Shown piece after piece: positions 27,520-32,000 of a stretch of DNA of 32,000 nt. How positions within the stretch are numbered: position 1 is the stretch's first letter; each line of letters begins with the position of its first letter. Origin of the DNA: Desulfotalea psychrophila LSv54 (lineage in GTDB: Bacteria; Desulfobacterota; Desulfobulbia; Desulfobulbales; Desulfocapsaceae); NCBI RefSeq assembly GCF_000025945.1, contig NC_006138.1, forward strand, positions 3,480,001 to 3,512,000, written 5' to 3'. The notes under the pieces are model-generated. The model was not told the origin of the DNA. It saw nothing but the letters and a program-made list of their open reading frames with translations, and ran no database searches. Position numbers and translations under genes: made by a program.

Positions 27520-28356
27520 ATGACTTCAGGCATAACTATTCATAAAAAATCACCGACAGACGTCATGCATAAAATAGAAGAAAAAACTCTCTATCAAAAA
27601 ACAGGCTACAAACAGCATATCGAGGTACGAGATGACGGCACTACCAGATCACTCTACTTTGAAAAAGATACCCTACAGAGCAGTATGGATCATGTAGAGC
27701 CTCATAAACTCTCCATAAGTTATACCCGCTTCATGCTCCTGCCCCTCCTCCTTCTGAAGCCCAAAAAGGTACTAATTATCGGTCTTGGGGGAGGTTCTTT
27801 CCTCCGCTTCTTTCGGCATTTCCTGCCTGAAGCACATATTGAAGCCGTTGATTTTTCTGCTGAAGTAATCAAGATCGCAAAAGAATTTTTTCTAATAAAT
27901 GATGAGGAGCTTCACTGTTGCTGTGGTAAACATTTTTTGGAAGAGACAGAGGAAAAATACGACCTCATACTGGTCGATGCCTTCGATCAGCAAGGAATGG
28001 CAAAGGAGATCTACTGCTCAGAGTTTTTTCGTCTCTGCCACGATCACCTGCAACCAGGAGGAGCCATAAGCTGTAATACCTGGAGCCAAAACAGATCGAT
28101 ATTGCAGGAGGTGAAAGATGCCCTATCGGACCATTTCAGCGAGGCCATCTATCTGCCCGTTCCTCAGAGAGGAAATATCATCGCCCTGACATTCAAAAGA
28201 GAAATTAAATGGCATCAACTTCATTCACGCTGCCCAAAGGTGCTTGCTGCAAACGAAAAATTCGACATGGATTTTTCGAGCATGATCAGCATTGCTCGCA
28301 GGGCAAATATATCCCTGTGGAAGCGCCTGATAAGCACACCATGTCTGCACAAATAA
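27520..28356 (+). CDS. Spermidine synthase-like (SpeE-type) methyltransferase-fold protein
   Basis: 'LLLLKPKKVLIIGLGGGSFLRFFRHFLPEAHIEAVDFSAEVIKIAKEFF...YDLILVDAFDQQGMAKEIYCSEFFRLCHDHLQPGGAISCNTW'. Confidence 0.82.
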   Translation: MTSGITIHKKSPTDVMHKIEEKTLYQKTGYKQHIEVRDDGTTRSLYFEKDTLQSSMDHVEPHKLSISYTRFMLLPLLLLKPKKVLIIGLGGGSFLRFFRHFLPEAHIEAVDFSAEVIKIAKEFFLINDEELHCCCGKHFLEETEEKYDLILVDAFDQQGMAKEIYCSEFFRLCHDHLQPGGAISCNTWSQNRSILQEVKDALSDHFSEAIYLPVPQRGNIIALTFKREIKWHQLHSRCPKVLAANEKFDMDFSSMISIARRANISLWKRLISTPCLHK

Positions 28357-28368
28357 GGATATGATACA

Positions 28369-29145
28369 TTGCCTGTAAAACATCAACTAACCTGCCAGGG
28401 ATTTTGCGCCCACTGTAACAGAACACACAGCCTACCCACAGGGGGAGCTGCCTACGAGCAGGCACAGACACTACTGGCAGAACTTACCAACCAAGAATCT
28501 CTCAATATATTCAGTTCCCGACCAGCAGGGCAGTACTCGACCGCGCCACTATGGGGAGAAGCACGGGGAAAAATGTTTGGCGTGCTAGAGTGCCTTAACC
28601 AGAAAAAGGAACAGGTTTTTCTCTACGCCTTCTCAGGACAGTATACAGGAACCTGGCTTATTCCCGGCTGGGCACCACCTCTTTTTGATATCGACCAATA
28701 CCATACTGTAAACAACTATAATGAAAGACGAGTCAAAAAGATGAGCCTCCACATAGACAAACTCACCAGAGAGACACCTCGCTCTGCCATTATTCCTCTT
28801 CTTAAAAAACAGAGGAAAAAGCTCTCCCAACAGCTGATGAGGGCTCTTCATGCCCTCTATGAGGTGCATAACTTCCAGGGGAATTGCCAAGGCTTAGCCC
28901 AGGCCCTGACGGGACTACGAGGCATCCCCACCGGCACAGGTGATTGCTGTGCACCTAAATTAATCAACTCCGCAGCCACCCAGGGACTTGTCCCCTTAAG
29001 TATTGCCGAATTTTATTTTGGCCGAGAAAACAGATCAGCCAGCAGAAAACATGGCCATTTTTACTCTTCATGCACGACAAAATGCACTCCGCTACTGGGC
29101 TTTATGCTCTGTGGATCTCACACGAAAGGAAAAGACAAGAGATGA
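28369..29145 (+). CDS. N-terminal accessory domain protein of the large RluA-type pseudouridine synthase family (encoded separately here)
   Basis: TTG start with AAGGA upstream; contains 'GIPTGTGDCCAPKLINSAATQGLVPLSIAEFYFGRENRSASRKHGHFYSSCTTKCTPLLGFMLCG', which I recall as the N-terminal half of longer RluA-family proteins; overlaps the rluA-like ORF by ATGA. Confidence 0.65.
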   Translation: MPVKHQLTCQGFCAHCNRTHSLPTGGAAYEQAQTLLAELTNQESLNIFSSRPAGQYSTAPLWGEARGKMFGVLECLNQKKEQVFLYAFSGQYTGTWLIPGWAPPLFDIDQYHTVNNYNERRVKKMSLHIDKLTRETPRSAIIPLLKKQRKKLSQQLMRALHALYEVHNFQGNCQGLAQALTGLRGIPTGTGDCCAPKLINSAATQGLVPLSIAEFYFGRENRSASRKHGHFYSSCTTKCTPLLGFMLCGSHTKGKDKR

Positions 29146-29777
29146 AAGAACTGAAAATAATCTACAGAGACGACCATCTTGTGGTGGTGATAAAACCCGG
29201 AGGACTTCTCTCCGTGCCGGGACGAGGGCCAGAAAACAGTGACTGTGTCTCGTCACGACTCCAGGCCAAAATACCTGAGATGATTACCCAACCGGCTGTG
29301 CACCGACTGGATATGTACACCTCGGGTCTCATGGTATATGCAGTGAGCAAAGAGATTCATCGTGCCCTCTCCATCCAGTTCCAGGAGCAGCAGGTTGACA
29401 AGAAGTACACCGCCCTCCTCGAAGGGTGCCTGCAAGAGGTATCGGGGGAGATCAGACTGCCCTTCCGGGTTGACCTGGACAATCGCCCCATTCAAATACT
29501 CGATTACCAACACGGCAAAATGGGCATTACCCTCTGGCGTAAAATGGACGAGAAGAATGGCATCACCCGGGTGGAATTCACCCCAATGACAGGGCGCACC
29601 CACCAACTTCGGGTTCATGCAGCACACGCAAAGGGACTGGGAATACCAATCATTGGTGACAGTTTCTATGGTTCAGGTAGAGACGGCGACGAGATGATGC
29701 TTCACGCCCATCAGCTCTCCTTTACCCATCCCATCATCGGGGAAAAACTCTATTTCAAAAACGACCCTGATTTTTAA
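29142..29777 (+). CDS. RluA-family pseudouridine synthase catalytic domain
   Basis: 'IIYRDDHLVVVIKPGGLLSVPGRG...VHRLDMYTSGLMVYAVSKEIHRAL' (catalytic HRLDMxTSG) and 'GRTHQLRVHAAHAKGLGIPIIGDSFYG'. Start at ATG 29142 (MKELKIIY). Confidence 0.93.
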   Translation: MKELKIIYRDDHLVVVIKPGGLLSVPGRGPENSDCVSSRLQAKIPEMITQPAVHRLDMYTSGLMVYAVSKEIHRALSIQFQEQQVDKKYTALLEGCLQEVSGEIRLPFRVDLDNRPIQILDYQHGKMGITLWRKMDEKNGITRVEFTPMTGRTHQLRVHAAHAKGLGIPIIGDSFYGSGRDGDEMMLHAHQLSFTHPIIGEKLYFKNDPDF

Positions 29778-32000
29778 GCAAAAGAGAATGTCTCTGCAAA
29801 GTCTACAACCTTGTCCCGATCAATGGGCTTTGCAAAATGATAACCCTGCCCATAGCGACAGCCCAAGGCACAGACCAGATCAAGATGCTCCCTCTCCTCT
29901 ACGCCCTCTACCACAACAGGAATTTCCAGACTTTTACTCATCCGGACCAGAGCTTCCAGCACCGTCATCCGCTGCACTGATTCATGAGCCTGAAGCAGAA
30001 AAGACTTATCCACCTTCAGGACATCAAAGGGCAGGTCGGCAAGATGACCAAAGGAGGAGTAGCCCGTACCAAAATCATCAATATGAATGCCGATGCCACT
30101 CTCGCGCAGATCCATAAGAATCCTTTTACCAAAGCGTACATTGCTCATCAGAGCACTTTCTGTTACCTCTATGGCGAGGTCAGAGGGCTTAAGGCCATAC
30201 CTTTCAACAGTCTTTATAATTCGTTGAGCCAGATTCAAATCTACCAGTTCATTTTGCGAGAGATTAACGCTTACCCGAATATGATCCAGGGCAGTAGTCT
30301 GTTGGCGCCACTGGGCAATATTGGCACAGGTTAGCTCAAGCACAGCCTCATCAATTTTAGAAATAATGCCAATTTCTTCTGCCACAGGCAGAAATTGATC
30401 AGGGAAGAGATACCCCAGACGGGGATTCTGCCAACGAACAAGGGCCTCAAAACCTGCCAGTCGTCTCTGCTCAAGATCAATGATGGGCTGATACTGAACA
30501 ACAAGTTCCTCCGGGTCAAACTCATTTGTCAAAATTTGTTCAATCTCAATTGTTTTTCTGACTCTTGAATGAAGCTTTTGGTTAAACACCCGGAAATATT
30601 TTGGACTGTTGTACTTCGCCTCATACATTGCAATATCAGCATAACGAAGCACATCGTGTATATTATCATACTGGCAAATATCCATAACCAGACCAACGCT
30701 TACTCCCGTTAAAATTGTCCGTCCATCAATCTCAACACCGGCCTCCACACTCTTGATGATGCTAGCCACCAGCTTAACAACCTTGGCAGGAGAGACAATA
30801 TCCTCCAAAATAATGGCAAACTCATCTCCACCAAGACGTGCGAGCAGATCTAACTCTCGTAACTGAGATCGTATTTTAACCACCACCTCAACCAAAACCC
30901 GATCACCGACATTATGCCCAAGTGAATCATTAATCTGCTTAAAGCGATTAAGATCAAGCATTAAAAGGGCATGTCTTCTCCTCTCTCCATCCGTTGGATT
31001 AAATAACTTCTCTCCCCAATCAAGAAAATACTGTCTATTTACAAGTCCGGTCAGATTATCGTGATTCGCCTGATGAAGCAGACGTTCATAGACCTGATCT
31101 CTTTCAATTGCCCGCACAACCTGCTCTGCTACCGCCTCAAGCAGATAGACATCGTCCCGATCAAAGGCATTCTCCTGCTGATAATCCTGAATGGCAAAAA
31201 TGCCAATGGGCACATTCCCTAGCATCAAAGGCACACCGAGCCATGATGCGGGCACAACACCTATACAGGTCTTCATCTCAACATCATTAATTGAGAAAAT
31301 TTGACTGCTACCACGACGCATGACATAGCCACTCAAGCCTGGAATACTGGCAAAATCTTCACTATTAATACGATATTGAGCCTGCACCCTCTCACTCTCT
31401 CTCTCATCTCGATAGTAGACAAACTCAAAGGCCTTTTCCTCATGCCGCCAAAGGGCCACATAAAAGTTATTTACCTGACTATAGGAGGCTATCGCCTCAT
31501 GTACCGCCTCAAGATAACGACCAAGCCCCTGATTGAGATAATTTGCCATGGAAACCTGATAAAGTACCTGCAGGGTATGCTCTCGTTTTCTCCTTTGACT
31601 AACATCCGTATGACTGCCAATGATCTGTAAGAGTTCACCATCTTGCCACACACCCAGGGCCCTGCTCTGTAGCCAACAATAGTGACCATCTCTGTGCAAA
31701 ATTCGATATTGAATATCATAACTTGGAGAGTCGGGAGAGAGAGAACGGTTTGTCTCCACAACCTGAACATAATCTTCAGGATGAACAAGATCCCACCAGG
31801 CCTCAATTGAAGAATTAAAATCAATCTCTTCATAACCAATCATCTTCTTAGCTTTCGCTGAGATAAAAAGGCTCTCATCCACAAGGTTCCACTCCCAAAA
31901 ACCATGAATGCCCACATCAACAATCCGTTTATACTGATCTTTTTCCTGTTGAAGGCATCCTATCTGCTCTTGGTAAGCAGTTGTCTCAACAATCGTTTCC
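29774..32000 (-). CDS. PAS-GAF-GGDEF-EAL signalling protein, 5' end truncated by the window edge
   Basis: 'RLGGDEFAIILED' and 'FEALVRWQNPRLGYLFPDQFLPVAEEIG', 'IDDFGTGYSSFGHLADLPFDVLKVDKSF'. The ORF-track start (31915) is a GTG; the frame stays open to 32000 (...YQEQIGCLQQEKDQYKRIVDVGIHGFWEW), so the real start probably lies beyond the window. Confidence 0.93.
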   Translation of the reverse strand, partial: ETIVETTAYQEQIGCLQQEKDQYKRIVDVGIHGFWEWNLVDESLFISAKAKKMIGYEEIDFNSSIEAWWDLVHPEDYVQVVETNRSLSPDSPSYDIQYRILHRDGHYCWLQSRALGVWQDGELLQIIGSHTDVSQRRKREHTLQVLYQVSMANYLNQGLGRYLEAVHEAIASYSQVNNFYVALWRHEEKAFEFVYYRDERESERVQAQYRINSEDFASIPGLSGYVMRRGSSQIFSINDVEMKTCIGVVPASWLGVPLMLGNVPIGIFAIQDYQQENAFDRDDVYLLEAVAEQVVRAIERDQVYERLLHQANHDNLTGLVNRQYFLDWGEKLFNPTDGERRRHALLMLDLNRFKQINDSLGHNVGDRVLVEVVVKIRSQLRELDLLARLGGDEFAIILEDIVSPAKVVKLVASIIKSVEAGVEIDGRTILTGVSVGLVMDICQYDNIHDVLRYADIAMYEAKYNSPKYFRVFNQKLHSRVRKTIEIEQILTNEFDPEELVVQYQPIIDLEQRRLAGFEALVRWQNPRLGYLFPDQFLPVAEEIGIISKIDEAVLELTCANIAQWRQQTTALDHIRVSVNLSQNELVDLNLAQRIIKTVERYGLKPSDLAIEVTESALMSNVRFGKRILMDLRESGIGIHIDDFGTGYSSFGHLADLPFDVLKVDKSFLLQAHESVQRMTVLEALVRMSKSLEIPVVVEGVEEREHLDLVCALGCRYGQGYHFAKPIDRDKVVDFAETFSFA

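Overview
The window is a gene-dense and mostly housekeeping bacterial chromosomal segment. Gene content and protein style resemble a marine sulfate-reducing Desulfobulbales/Desulfotalea-like organism, but that is inference from memory and no database was searched. Left to right it carries: siroheme (precorrin-2) dehydrogenase; a lysine-methyltransferase-like protein; a TlpA-like thioredoxin; a SurA-like chaperone; a RodZ-like protein; a divergent BirA-like ligase next to a biotinyl/lipoyl-domain protein; a ydbH-ynbE-ydbL-like operon; cmoA-cmoB; another methyltransferase; a putative SLOG-fold protein; carA-carB; ftsH-folP; a CcdA-like protein; a three-gene TrpX-type ABC transporter; a Sir2 deacylase without the usual zinc ribbon; a ZraP/CpxP-like protein with an internal duplication; a speE-like protein; a two-ORF (split) RluA-type pseudouridine synthase; and a PAS-GAF-GGDEF-EAL protein running off the right edge. 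I found no CRISPR array, tRNA/rRNA, prophage, transposase or obvious defence system. The best second-look items are: (1) related modular noncoding repeats after folP and upstream of cobB, the latter bounded by imperfect inverted repeats like a small non-autonomous element; (2) the paired divergence of the BirA-like ligase and its neighbouring SLMK-motif acceptor-like protein; (3) the RluA-family protein split at a domain boundary by an ATGA overlap; (4) the putative orphan SLOG protein; (5) the zinc-ribbon-less sirtuin. I see no convincing evidence for a wholly new multi-gene system.
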